In this document: piece by piece, positions 1-8,783 of the stretch
How positions within the stretch are numbered: position 1 is the stretch's first letter
How the letters are laid out: the number at the start of each line of letters is the position of its first letter
Virus record (IMG/VR): IMGVR_UViG_3300036670_000017
Location: 1 to 51,953 of that record
Source: a virus
Taxonomy: Duplodnaviria; Caudoviricetes
Direction: 5' to 3' (one strand)
Length of the DNA stretch: 51,953 bases
Notes under the pieces: generated by a model
What the model saw: the letters and a program-made list of their open reading frames with translations, nothing else
Databases searched by the model: none
What the model was told of the DNA's origin: nothing
Translations under genes and position numbers: made by a program

Positions 1-92
1 GTCGATGTCATGGCGTAGGGCGGTTTCGCTTTTGGTCATCTCCGCAAGGGAGAAGTTGGCGGTTAGTTTCATATAAACTCTTCTTTAGGTAT
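1..92. repeat. Terminal direct repeat, left copy (assembly circularisation overlap)
   Basis: Bases 1-92 are identical to 51862-51953. The repeat falls inside the endolysin 5' end and the upstream gene, so it marks a circular contig rather than a physical end. Confidence 0.95.
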
Positions 93-263
93 CTGTACGC
101 ATGTAAGCTCAAAAGCGTCAACGCTTAAGTCTGTGGATAGTTTGTGTCTGACCGCGTAATTTTTCTGTTCGCATTGGCTGGCGGTTGCCGTTAAAGTGCC
201 GTTAGCAAACCCGCAGGCACCGTTAGTAAAACAAATAAACGCAACAGGCACCCAGAAAGACAT
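69..263 (-). CDS. Small Cys-containing protein with hydrophobic N-terminus (lysis cassette, function unknown)
   Basis: 64-aa ORF packed between the holin-like gene and the endolysin; its stop overlaps the endolysin ATG (ATGA at 69-72). Confidence 0.65.
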   Translation of the reverse strand: MSFWVPVAFICFTNGACGFANGTLTATASQCEQKNYAVRHKLSTDLSVDAFELTCVQIPKEEFI

Positions 264-277
264 AGCGTACCCCCAAA

Positions 278-775
278 CTATTTTACAACGGACCTCAACT
301 GCTCACCTTTATCTTTACTACCAACGCTAGAGCCGAAGTAGTAGCTTAGGATTTGTGTTACGGCGGCGGATAGCACGCCCAAGATGTAAATCAGGATGTC
401 CTTGGCCTCGGGCTTCACTTCCACAAAGATGAGCACTGCGAACAGCAGAAACGATAAACCCACAACGCCTAGCGCCAAAGCGGGTGTCACAATTTTGTTA
501 AGGAGAGGCGCATTTGCGCTTGAAGCAATGGCCATTTCGCGCTCACGAGCGCTGTTTTTATCTGCAAGAATAGCTTTAAATTTGTCGTGTTCGAGTTGCT
601 TGATTTTGGCTTCCGCTTCGGGGTCTTTGTTAATTGCCTGCATTACAGCGTCTACTTCGTCTTTGACGCCAAGCTGTTTAGAAAGCGCACTAACTGCCAT
701 GCCAGCCAGAGGACCACCAAGTACAGTAGCAATACCGGGCGCGAAGCCTTTAACCATTGAAATAAGTTCATCCAT
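278..775 (-). CDS. Holin-like membrane protein (3TM/GTA-holin type)
   Basis: N-terminal APGIATVLGGPLAG, two C-terminal TM segments and a YYFGSS motif; next to the endolysin. Confidence 0.7.
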   Translation of the reverse strand: MDELISMVKGFAPGIATVLGGPLAGMAVSALSKQLGVKDEVDAVMQAINKDPEAEAKIKQLEHDKFKAILADKNSAREREMAIASSANAPLLNKIVTPALALGVVGLSFLLFAVLIFVEVKPEAKDILIYILGVLSAAVTQILSYYFGSSVGSKDKGEQLRSVVK

Positions 776-1214
776 TTCCGCCCCTTGTGTATATGGCCCA
801 CACCAATACGGCGATAACTATTACACCAGTCACCACCGATATAACAATCAGAAAGCCATTTATCCAAGCCCAAATCGTTTGTTTGCGCTTATATCTAGCT
901 AGCGCTTCAGCCTTGACCGCCGCATCTCGTTTTCGCTTGGCATCAGCTTGAAACTGCAACCAATCGTCCCACAACCCGGCCCGCCCGCAGTAGATCATTA
1001 GCTCTTGCAGCTCTTGTTCGTTTCGTTTGATAGCCTCTAGTGCAAAGAACGCTTCTGAATCAGAGCCTGATTGACTAGCTTTTTTAGCTATCGCGGCTTT
1101 GTTGTCAAAGAAGCTGAACAAGTGCTGCCCCGCTGCCATGATGTCTCCACCATTGGCAACCGTTTCTTTAATAACTGCAAAGGCAGCGTTGGCGATAGCC
1201 AGTTCAGCAAGCAC
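768..1214 (-). CDS. Conserved phage protein with C-terminal TM helix
   Basis: 148-aa ORF, helical body plus hydrophobic C-terminus, overlapping the next gene. Confidence 0.7.
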   Translation of the reverse strand: MLAELAIANAAFAVIKETVANGGDIMAAGQHLFSFFDNKAAIAKKASQSGSDSEAFFALEAIKRNEQELQELMIYCGRAGLWDDWLQFQADAKRKRDAAVKAEALARYKRKQTIWAWINGFLIVISVVTGVIVIAVLVWAIYTRGGNG

Positions 1215-1218
1215 GAGG

Positions 1219-1386
1219 CTACTTCGCTTTCTTGGCTGTCTTGGCTGTCTTGGCGGACTTTTTAAAGTCGTTCGCCGTAGGGGCGGCCTTAGAGCCGGGC
1301 TTGTTCATGCGTTCGCCACTGCCCGCCTTAATGCGGGCCTGCTTGGCATTGATATTGGCGTAGAGGCCTTGTTTCTTAGCGGGCAT
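1219..1386 (-). CDS. Small basic protein, 55 aa, absent from the ORF track (MPAKKQGLYANINAKQARIKAGSGERMNKPGSKAAPTANDFKKSAKTAKTAKKAK)
   Basis: Translated manually; AAGGA RBS upstream; fills the gap exactly; resembles the GLYANI..K...GSGE.M family of aquatic phages (recalled). Confidence 0.8.
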   Translation of the reverse strand: MPAKKQGLYANINAKQARIKAGSGERMNKPGSKAAPTANDFKKSAKTAKTAKKAK

Positions 1387-1395
1387 GGTTTTCCT

Positions 1396-3060
1396 TTAGA
1401 ACGGTACGGGCATGGGAACGTATGAGTTCTCGTCATCGTCCTCTGGCAACGAAGATTCGCCTGCATAGCCGCCCACAAAGAGCTGCCCGTCAGAGGCGAG
1501 TAGCCCGACTGAGCCTTCAGAGGTGTGCCCCCAGCAGGCGATATCAACAATCGTCGCGTTGCCCGTAGGGACAGTGTTAACCGCGCTGAGCAGACGGTTC
1601 GTAGTGTCCCCAGTCAGCAGCTGTCCGTTGCCGTTATAACCCCACGAGCGGCAAGTACCATCGGCGAGTAGCGCCATAGCCCAGTTGTTCGAGCCTGAGC
1701 CCCCATGGACAACCTTTTGCACGGTTTGGCCAAGATCGATCTGTTGGAACGTCGTCCGGTCGCCAATAGGCTCAGAGCCGTTCGCGCCGTAGTCGCCCGC
1801 TCCGCAGGCCCACAGCGTGCCGTCTGTCTTGATAATCATGACAACGGGGTAGTCGTAGCCGCCCGCAAACACCTGCGCAACGTCAGTCGTCGCTTGTGCG
1901 TAAGAAAGGCTGACGGTGGTGTTTCCGATGCCTAGCTGTCCGTCAGAGTTGCGTCCCGCGCTGTGCAGCGTGTTGTCACTGTCCAGCGCATACGACGACC
2001 CGGGGCCGCAAAAGACCTTGACGATGGTCTTGCCACTAATCGAGCCTGTTGTCCGGGCAACGGCCAAGTTAGACTGCGTTGTGCTGCCTGAGCCAAGCTG
2101 CCCCTCGTCGTTCCTGCCCCATGAGTACAGCGTGCCGTTTGCCTTGACAGCAAAGACCGCCATGTGCGTCTCTCGCGTGGCCGCAACGTCGACAATGTCG
2201 GTCACGGCAGGTACGAGGTTAAAGTTGGTGCGCTGGGTGGTGTCGCCTTGGCCGAGCTGCCCATACCCGTTGTATCCGCATGAGTGGACGGTGCCGTCGT
2301 CGCACAGAGCAATAACTGTGTGCGAATTCTGAGTGCCGCCGGGCATGGCTAGATGGGTAACCACTTTGCCGTTGATGGAGTTTAGCGCGTTGGCGCTAGC
2401 GTTATATGGCACGCGTGGGTCTGATAAGTCTCCTGTGCCTATTTGTCCCTGTGGGTTGTCACCCCAGCCCCACAGCTCGCCGTTCTTGTCGATACAGTAC
2501 ATCGAGGCGTTCCACGTTAAGTACAGCTTTTCCGCGCCGGGAAAACCCGCCGGGAACCCCGGACGCTGTGGGTAAGAGCGGTCGTTAGTAGTGCCGTCGC
2601 CGAGCTTGTAGATCGCGTTGTCGCCCCACATCCGAACGCTGTCGTCGTTCATGATAACGCCGAACGTGCGGTACGTATTCACCTGCGAGTGCTTCTCAGT
2701 TACGCTGGCTGGAAACGCTTTGACGCGGGTAGACGAGCGTACGTCAGCGGGGCCCCACACAGGAAGCAGCGTGTCTTTGTCTACCTGTAACACTTCACCC
2801 GCAGCACCTATAGGTAGTGCGACTAGCCCGGTTCCGTTGTTGTATATCAGTTCCCCTGCGGCGGTGGTAACACTACTTGTTCCTTGCGCGAATAGGGCCC
2901 AGTTCGCGCCCACCACTGGCACAACGCCCACTGTACCGTCGAGGAGGCAGATAAAGCTGCTGCCGCCGGACTCGACGACGTCTTGCTTGGCGTAGGTTGT
3001 TGCGGCATTGTAAGGGCCTTTCCAGCTAAAGGCGATCTTGCCTAGATTGATGCTTGCCAT
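1396..3060 (-). CDS. RCC1-repeat beta-propeller protein, putative receptor-binding/tail appendage
   Basis: Repeated WGxNxxGQLGxG / DGTvxxxG RCC1 motifs; N-terminal INLGKIAFSWKGPYN...Y...DVV module typical of phage fibre proteins. Confidence 0.85.
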   Translation of the reverse strand: MASINLGKIAFSWKGPYNAATTYAKQDVVESGGSSFICLLDGTVGVVPVVGANWALFAQGTSSVTTAAGELIYNNGTGLVALPIGAAGEVLQVDKDTLLPVWGPADVRSSTRVKAFPASVTEKHSQVNTYRTFGVIMNDDSVRMWGDNAIYKLGDGTTNDRSYPQRPGFPAGFPGAEKLYLTWNASMYCIDKNGELWGWGDNPQGQIGTGDLSDPRVPYNASANALNSINGKVVTHLAMPGGTQNSHTVIALCDDGTVHSCGYNGYGQLGQGDTTQRTNFNLVPAVTDIVDVAATRETHMAVFAVKANGTLYSWGRNDEGQLGSGSTTQSNLAVARTTGSISGKTIVKVFCGPGSSYALDSDNTLHSAGRNSDGQLGIGNTTVSLSYAQATTDVAQVFAGGYDYPVVMIIKTDGTLWACGAGDYGANGSEPIGDRTTFQQIDLGQTVQKVVHGGSGSNNWAMALLADGTCRSWGYNGNGQLLTGDTTNRLLSAVNTVPTGNATIVDIACWGHTSEGSVGLLASDGQLFVGGYAGESSLPEDDDENSYVPMPVPF

Positions 3061-3072
3061 TGTATGTACCTC

Positions 3073-4722
3073 TTAAAAAATGATTTGGCGGGGGACGTAT
3101 GTGTCTTCGGAATCGTCGTCGCCGTTGATGCCGTAGGCACCATAGCCACAGGAGTAGACCTGTCCGTCCGAAGTTAGGCAGTGCAACGTGCAATCATACG
3201 TAGCGTCATAAACATTACCGGAGACCTGAAAGTCGACAATGGTCTTGTTCAGCAGGACATCGCCGCCTTCTGGTATCTTGTTGTTGTTGTTCCCCACGCC
3301 ATGGGCGCCCCTGCTGTTGCCGCCCCACCCAACCATTGTGCCGTCGGTACGCAGCGCGAACGCCGTACCACCGTACCGTGCGCCGAACGCTTTCATGCGG
3401 GCTACGTTTGTTAGCGCAGACCCGCCTATGGTCGCCCACGTGGTGCGGTTGCCGCCGCCGCCGCCGAGGCCGACGCTGTCGTGGCCAGTGTGCTGCACAG
3501 TGCCATCAGTCATACGAGCCAGCATGCGTTCGTAGCCGCCAGTAATCAGGACTGCTTCTGCAACGCCAGATAGAATTTTCGGCGGGTAGTCCGCGTAGTT
3601 GGTGTACCATAGAGAAACGTTATAGTCGATGCCGAAGCCGTGGCTGACTTGGGCGCCGTTGCTCCCGTACGCGTACAGGTCGCCATTCTCTAGAAGAATA
3701 GTGCCGCCACGGTAGTACTGGGCCGCCGCGTCCCAGTGGCCGTCCGACTCCGCATAGGTAACCTCCTTAACTGCTTTGTCAAACCCCCACGGGTGAAACA
3801 GCTGGTGCGGGTACTCTATGGGCCCGTGCGACATGTTATCCTCACCTGCTGTCCACATCTGCCCTTCGCGGCTGATAAACGCCGAAACCCCGTAGGTGCC
3901 GCCGCCGCAGAAAACCTTGGCGATAGGTGTGTCGATGGTGAACGGGATAATCCGAGGCGTAGGGGACGTGCCCGTGATACCCTGCGAGTTGTTGTTGTTG
4001 CTCCCGATACCATACACGCGGCCTTGGTCATCGATTGCAAACGCCTGTCGTATGCCATACCAGTCCATGGCGCCGACAATATCGACGATCTTGGTGGAAG
4101 ATGCGATGTCGCCGTACCCGTTTATCTTGGTCGGGATATTGTTCTGTGCGCCAGTCCCCGCCATGTTCTGCACGTTAGCGCCGCTGTGCCAAAGACCGCC
4201 TTCAGCATCGACGTAGTACCACATGTCCCACACAATGAGCATCTTGACAACGCGCGGAGTAAACGGGGGAAAAGCGACTCTGGTGGGACTCGTCCGGCCT
4301 ATGTCGCCTGCGTCACCGGCGCCGCCTTGGCCGTTGTCCGCCGCGCCCCAAGAGCGCATAGAGCCATCGTGCATAAACGCGGCCATAGAGTGACGCGACT
4401 GGTAGTACTGGCCGGGGCGGTAGCAGTCAGCTAGGCCGGTTGCTAGCGTGCCATTGCGGGTGTCTTGGAACCGAAACTCGACTCCGCCAGCGCCATTAGA
4501 GTGCAGAGCCATGTTGCCAAAGCCGCCAACGGATACCCCGCCTGTGAGCAGATGCCCCTTCGCTGTAGCTTCCTGCTGACCCAGCGCAAACGCCTCAAGC
4601 ACACCGTTGCGCACGACATACGCGCCGCCGTTCTTGTACACGACGTCATTATCGCTGTACGTTAGGAACTCACTGTAGAGCCCCTTCCAGCGGTACCCGA
4701 TTTGGCTAATGTCTATGTTCAT
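3073..4722 (-). CDS. Second RCC1-repeat protein, putative receptor-binding/tail appendage
   Basis: RCC1-like repeats (DGSMRSWG, DGTMVGWGGNSRG, DGQVYSCGYGAYG); N-terminal RWKGLY...DVVY and C-terminal DDD.E..YVP shared with 1396-3060. Confidence 0.8.
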   Translation of the reverse strand: MNIDISQIGYRWKGLYSEFLTYSDNDVVYKNGGAYVVRNGVLEAFALGQQEATAKGHLLTGGVSVGGFGNMALHSNGAGGVEFRFQDTRNGTLATGLADCYRPGQYYQSRHSMAAFMHDGSMRSWGAADNGQGGAGDAGDIGRTSPTRVAFPPFTPRVVKMLIVWDMWYYVDAEGGLWHSGANVQNMAGTGAQNNIPTKINGYGDIASSTKIVDIVGAMDWYGIRQAFAIDDQGRVYGIGSNNNNSQGITGTSPTPRIIPFTIDTPIAKVFCGGGTYGVSAFISREGQMWTAGEDNMSHGPIEYPHQLFHPWGFDKAVKEVTYAESDGHWDAAAQYYRGGTILLENGDLYAYGSNGAQVSHGFGIDYNVSLWYTNYADYPPKILSGVAEAVLITGGYERMLARMTDGTVQHTGHDSVGLGGGGGNRTTWATIGGSALTNVARMKAFGARYGGTAFALRTDGTMVGWGGNSRGAHGVGNNNNKIPEGGDVLLNKTIVDFQVSGNVYDATYDCTLHCLTSDGQVYSCGYGAYGINGDDDSEDTYVPRQIIF

Positions 4723-5570
4723 AGGTTAATCACCAGATTGTTGTTCACGATACTGTAGGAGACGCCGTCGCCGATAGCCCACGTAGTATACTCCGCCACA
4801 TCGTAGTCGTCGGTACCCACAGTGTGCACTAGCGACGCCTTATCCGCACTCAGCTTGAAGCCGTAAAACGTGGGGCGCGCGACAGAGGAAACAAGTTCGT
4901 ACCCAGTCTCGTCGACCTTGACGCGCAGAAAGTTCGAGCTTTCGCCCGCTAGCGAGTTGGGGATGTTGATAGACGCGGCTGCGGTCTCCGCAGCAGTCTG
5001 AGCGGCGGTTGCAGCTCCTTCTGCAGCTTCTGCGGCGGCCTGTGCTGCCTCGGCCTCATCACGAGCCGCGCGGGCCTCTAGCTCGGCGTTAGTGGCGTCA
5101 CCACCTATGCGGCCCCAACCAGTCAGGTTACTGTAGCCCTCGAACTGCTCTAGGTCGGTGTTGTACCGAAGGTAGCCTGCTGCGGGGGTTAGGCCACGTT
5201 CTGCGGTCGTGCCCTGTGGAATCAGCGCTGAGCCATCTACATCTGCACGACGGACCACTTGGTTGAACATCTGCTCAATCGCAGCGGCGTTCATGCGCAA
5301 AGCAATTGGGTCACCAGCGTTCCACATGCGCGCGTAGGTGCCATCCTGCCCACGAACTACTGTCATGGCATCGTTCAAGCGCGCCGTAACCTTAACGATC
5401 TCGCGGTCTAGGGAGGCGTTTTCCAACGTCAGGTAGAAGAAGTCGCCGACAACGGTCAGCGCAGGGAAACGCGCGCCCTGCCCCGGCTCAACGGCGATAG
5501 TGACCGCCTCGTCGTCAACACCGGCAGCCAGCGTTGACTGGGCAAAGTTTGTAAATTTAATGTCAGCCAT
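4719..5570 (-). CDS. Tail fibre-associated/anchor protein
   Basis: N-terminal FTNFAQSTLA...VVRGQDGT fibre module, GTTAER..GYLRYNT...FEGY fibre motif, Ala/Glu coiled coil. Confidence 0.75.
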   Translation of the reverse strand: MADIKFTNFAQSTLAAGVDDEAVTIAVEPGQGARFPALTVVGDFFYLTLENASLDREIVKVTARLNDAMTVVRGQDGTYARMWNAGDPIALRMNAAAIEQMFNQVVRRADVDGSALIPQGTTAERGLTPAAGYLRYNTDLEQFEGYSNLTGWGRIGGDATNAELEARAARDEAEAAQAAAEAAEGAATAAQTAAETAAASINIPNSLAGESSNFLRVKVDETGYELVSSVARPTFYGFKLSADKASLVHTVGTDDYDVAEYTTWAIGDGVSYSIVNNNLVINL

Positions 5571-5578
5571 AGAGTGCC

Positions 5579-6265
5579 TTATGCGAAAGGTTGCATCTGG
5601 ACGGCTAAGTCGTCCGTGTTGTAGCCGCGTAGTGCGCGGTCACGTGCTGAGGCGAGAAGATGCGTCCAGTGTTTGCCGTGGAGCGCTGCCAGTTTTGGCT
5701 CGGCCCACGCGCGTCCGTTCATCAGCATAAGGTCGTACATCGTGCCGTGAAAGATTACGCGCTGAAACTCGTTGTAGAGGTCCAAGTCCCACCCAGTAGC
5801 CGTAGCAGAGGGGCGGAGATACCCGCGCAAGTTCAGCGTGCCGACTGCGTCCGGTACTGGTGCCAGCAGCACCTCGCCCAGCGTGGCGCTAGTGACGTGG
5901 CGCGGAGAACCACTCGAGCCCTCGGGCCAGTCGGCAAAACGCTGCTTGACGGCGGTCAGCTTTTCCCACGTGAGCACCGTCTTGCGTCCCCCGATAAGCG
6001 TGTACGCCGAGGTAACGTCCGTGCACACGGCGTTCGCCACGGGTGGCAGCAGGGGGTAGGCTACCTGCCCAACCTTAATGTCGACCGGCAGGAAGTCCTC
6101 GTGCCATACCTTGGCGCGTTGGCACATGTCAGAGATGACTTTGTGTGCCGTGCGCGCTATTACAGGGTCGGGGCAAGCTGGGACGTATGGAGCGATATCG
6201 TCCACCATGTCGTCGAACAAAATCGACTGGGTGGTGTTGACGGTGGGAGTTAAGACAATAGCCAT
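5579..6265 (-). CDS. Head-tail adaptor / tail tubular protein A-like
   Basis: Size, position and P.CPDPV / L.PVPD motifs typical of podovirus adaptor proteins. Confidence 0.6.
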   Translation of the reverse strand: MAIVLTPTVNTTQSILFDDMVDDIAPYVPACPDPVIARTAHKVISDMCQRAKVWHEDFLPVDIKVGQVAYPLLPPVANAVCTDVTSAYTLIGGRKTVLTWEKLTAVKQRFADWPEGSSGSPRHVTSATLGEVLLAPVPDAVGTLNLRGYLRPSATATGWDLDLYNEFQRVIFHGTMYDLMLMNGRAWAEPKLAALHGKHWTHLLASARDRALRGYNTDDLAVQMQPFA

Positions 6266-6274
6266 CGTGGTGCC

Positions 6275-7798
6275 TTACTGAATCTGCTGCATGCTTACGC
6301 TTACAGACGGAATTGAGGGGCAGAACGCCTGCGGCGCGGCTGCTTCGAGGATACTCGTAGCGTCGTCAGAAGCCCACACCAACTCGTAGTACGCGCCAGC
6401 CGTAACGGCGAGCGTGTACCCCCAAGCGGCTACAACGTGCCCTTGCCCACCCTTCTCAGTCAGCGTCTTAGTGCTGCCGGGAACGTCTACCCCATTCCTA
6501 CGCAGCCACACCCAGAACTGGGCGGTTGAGCCGCCCGGCTTGTTCAGCTGCGCGCGAAAGTCGAGGCGGTACAGCCCGGGTCGGTTAGGTGTGATGCGCG
6601 ACGCGCTAATCAGTGCGATGCCGCTGGCGATGTCGATAGTGTTGTACGTTATTACGGAGGCCGTGTTATCCGCAGGTAGCGTCTGGCTTACACTGCTGCT
6701 AAATGCGCCGTAGTGGTGGTGGTCTGACAAGTACGGGCGCACAAGCAGCGTGCCCGTCGTGGCGCCGACGCGTAGGACGACGCCTATCAGGATGTGTTGG
6801 TTCGGGACCGCAGGCTCGAGATTCGTGAGTCCGCCCGGCACCGTGGGGCTGGCGTAGACAAGGTCGCCCGCTGCCCACACTTCACCAAACTGAAATCCTG
6901 TGGTGTTGACGCTGCGGACCTTGCCCAGCGTCGTAGCCCGCCCGTAGGAGTTTGGCGCTACATCTTGCGTCACCACGCCGATGGTGTACATCGGCTCGTA
7001 CGTGTCAGTAGCTGTTACCAGCCGCCCATAGGGGATAGAGTTGGTGTTGTCCACGCCGTCAAACGACACCACTTGACCCGAGGTCATTAGCGTGGATGTA
7101 TTATTGGTGAACGCGATAAATGTCTCTTCAAACATCTGGCCCACTACGCCGCCGCTGAGGCCAACGTCAAGCGTTAGCTCGTTGGTGTTTAGGCGAATCT
7201 CACCAAAGCCGATAGTGCCGGTCGCACCAGAGGCAAGCTGCACGGAGGTAAAGCGCCCCCGGTCGGGTGCGCTAATGCCAACAGGGGAGCTATTGACAGT
7301 GCTGCCAGTGACTGCCACCCCGGACGCCGTGCCGCCAGTAATGGCTGACGTAGCTATCGTGGAGCCGCTAATACCCACGCCGCTGACGGTTGTACCTGCC
7401 AGCGTGCCGCCAACAATCGTGTTGGCAGAGAGTGTGGAGCTCTGAACCGCGCTACCGACGACAGTGCCGTTGCTAAACGAACTGTCTATGATGGCTGCGT
7501 TGGAGATGTCTGTTACTACGCTGTCGTCGATGTCTTCTAAGATGACGTCAGCCACGGTTACGGGACTAAACCCCGCCTTTGTAACGACGATGTCGTACCG
7601 ATCATCCGGCGCATAGAACGCCACCGCTCCCGTGGCTGTGCTGGTAAACGGGTTCGACTTCGCAGTAACGCCGTTATCGCTGTACAACGAAGCGCGGGTG
7701 GTTGTGCCCGTGATAAACACGTCTACGGTGGCGTTACCGAGGGGCGTCAGTACACCGCCGTTCCCGGCGGCTGTTGCCGTATCAATAAACTTCTGCAT
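6275..7798 (-). CDS. Tail fibre/spike protein
   Basis: N-terminal virion-attachment module (ASLYSDNG...NPF...FYA..RYDI), G/S/T-rich beta-repeat shaft (ITGGT), C-terminal beta-sandwich resembling C1q/BclA-C. Confidence 0.75.
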   Translation of the reverse strand: MQKFIDTATAAGNGGVLTPLGNATVDVFITGTTTRASLYSDNGVTAKSNPFTSTATGAVAFYAPDDRYDIVVTKAGFSPVTVADVILEDIDDSVVTDISNAAIIDSSFSNGTVVGSAVQSSTLSANTIVGGTLAGTTVSGVGISGSTIATSAITGGTASGVAVTGSTVNSSPVGISAPDRGRFTSVQLASGATGTIGFGEIRLNTNELTLDVGLSGGVVGQMFEETFIAFTNNTSTLMTSGQVVSFDGVDNTNSIPYGRLVTATDTYEPMYTIGVVTQDVAPNSYGRATTLGKVRSVNTTGFQFGEVWAAGDLVYASPTVPGGLTNLEPAVPNQHILIGVVLRVGATTGTLLVRPYLSDHHHYGAFSSSVSQTLPADNTASVITYNTIDIASGIALISASRITPNRPGLYRLDFRAQLNKPGGSTAQFWVWLRRNGVDVPGSTKTLTEKGGQGHVVAAWGYTLAVTAGAYYELVWASDDATSILEAAAPQAFCPSIPSVSVSMQQIQ

Positions 7799-7806
7799 GG
7801 TGCGCC

Positions 7807-8448
7807 TTATTTAGTGGTCTTGCTTGCGCCGCCGTCAGCCGTGTCTGCAACTGCACGAGACAACAAGCCGCTAGCCAGCGAAGTAGTGTAGGACTCTTGG
7901 AACATACGTGCGCGGCCTGACTCGACGTGCTCAGCGTCAAGTGACTCCATCAGCCAGCAAACACCGTCTAGGATGGTTGGCAAGTACGCGTCGCTTAGCT
8001 CAATCGCCTGCGCGAGCGTGTAGTTCGGCAGTGTTTGCGCGTAGGCAACCGTTAGCTGCTCGCCACCCGCCGAAGCTGGATACACGTAGAATCGGTTGGG
8101 GTCGCGCGGCGCGCGCATCCATATGGTCGTTGGGCCAGTATAGCCGTTACGCCACTTGGGGAACATGACGTCCAGCACCTGCTGATCTACTTCTTTGGGC
8201 ACAAGGCCCTGCGAGTTGGCCAGCACGTCCATGAAACGCATGGACTCCGTAGGAGCGCTCTGCAGCGCCCCGGGCACGGTAATTAGTGGTGTGATCTTAA
8301 TAAATAAATCCGGGCGCACAACCAGCATCCGCTTTAGGACTTGGTTTACTTTGCGCACGATGTAGTCGTCGCTGTACCGGTATGGCGTCATCTCGTCGAG
8401 CAGGAGCTCGCGCGCCTCAATTACGATGTCAGCGACGGTAAAGCTCAT
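7807..8448 (-). CDS. Head-tail adaptor protein (DUF6682-like)
   Basis: Downstream of MCP; ARELLLD...RYSD...RPDL and FYVYP motifs. Confidence 0.65.
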   Translation of the reverse strand: MSFTVADIVIEARELLLDEMTPYRYSDDYIVRKVNQVLKRMLVVRPDLFIKITPLITVPGALQSAPTESMRFMDVLANSQGLVPKEVDQQVLDVMFPKWRNGYTGPTTIWMRAPRDPNRFYVYPASAGGEQLTVAYAQTLPNYTLAQAIELSDAYLPTILDGVCWLMESLDAEHVESGRARMFQESYTTSLASGLLSRAVADTADGGASKTTK

Positions 8449-8669
8449 GGCATGCCTCGTGAGGCCTCGGCTAGTAGGTCTTCCTCGGTGTACTGCGACA
8501 CCGTGCCAGTGGCCTTCTTCTTGATAGGCTTGGCGACAGCCTTAGCAGCTACGGGTGCTCGATCAGGATAGGCCTGTGCTTCGGTGACCTCTTCACAGAG
8601 CGTGTCTTTGGCGAGAATGGGGTTCCACTCGTATATCGTGCCGTCTTGTGTATGTCGGAGATACCGCAT
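8445..8669 (-). CDS. Small hypothetical protein downstream of MCP
   Basis: AAGGA RBS; ATGA overlap with the next gene. Confidence 0.7.
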   Translation of the reverse strand: MRYLRHTQDGTIYEWNPILAKDTLCEEVTEAQAYPDRAPVAAKAVAKPIKKKATGTVSQYTEEDLLAEASRGMP

Positions 8670-8687
8670 ATTTTGTCCTTCGTGTGC

Positions 8688-8714
8688 AAAAAAGCACGGC
8701 TGCTATAGCCGTGC
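8688..8714 (-). terminator. Second intrinsic terminator-like hairpin after MCP
   Basis: Minus strand GCACGGCT-ATAGC-AGCCGTGC-TTTTTT. Confidence 0.65.
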
Positions 8715-8757
8715 CTTATTCTACATCTGCGACAGTCGGGCGTATAGCCCCAGTGCC

Positions 8758-8780
8758 AAAAAAGGGGCCGAAGCCCCTTT
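8758..8780 (-). terminator. Rho-independent terminator after major capsid gene
   Basis: Minus strand AAAGGGGC-TTCG-GCCCC-TTTTTT immediately after the MCP stop. Confidence 0.9.
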
Positions 8781-8783
8781 CTC

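Noticed and set aside
1-92. Biological terminal repeat
   Set aside because: It cuts through coding sequence of the lysis cassette; best explained as assembler overlap of a circular contig.
1396-7798. Diversity-generating retroelement or invertible tail-fibre switch
   Set aside because: No reverse transcriptase, invertase, template/variable repeat pair or flanking inverted repeats were seen.
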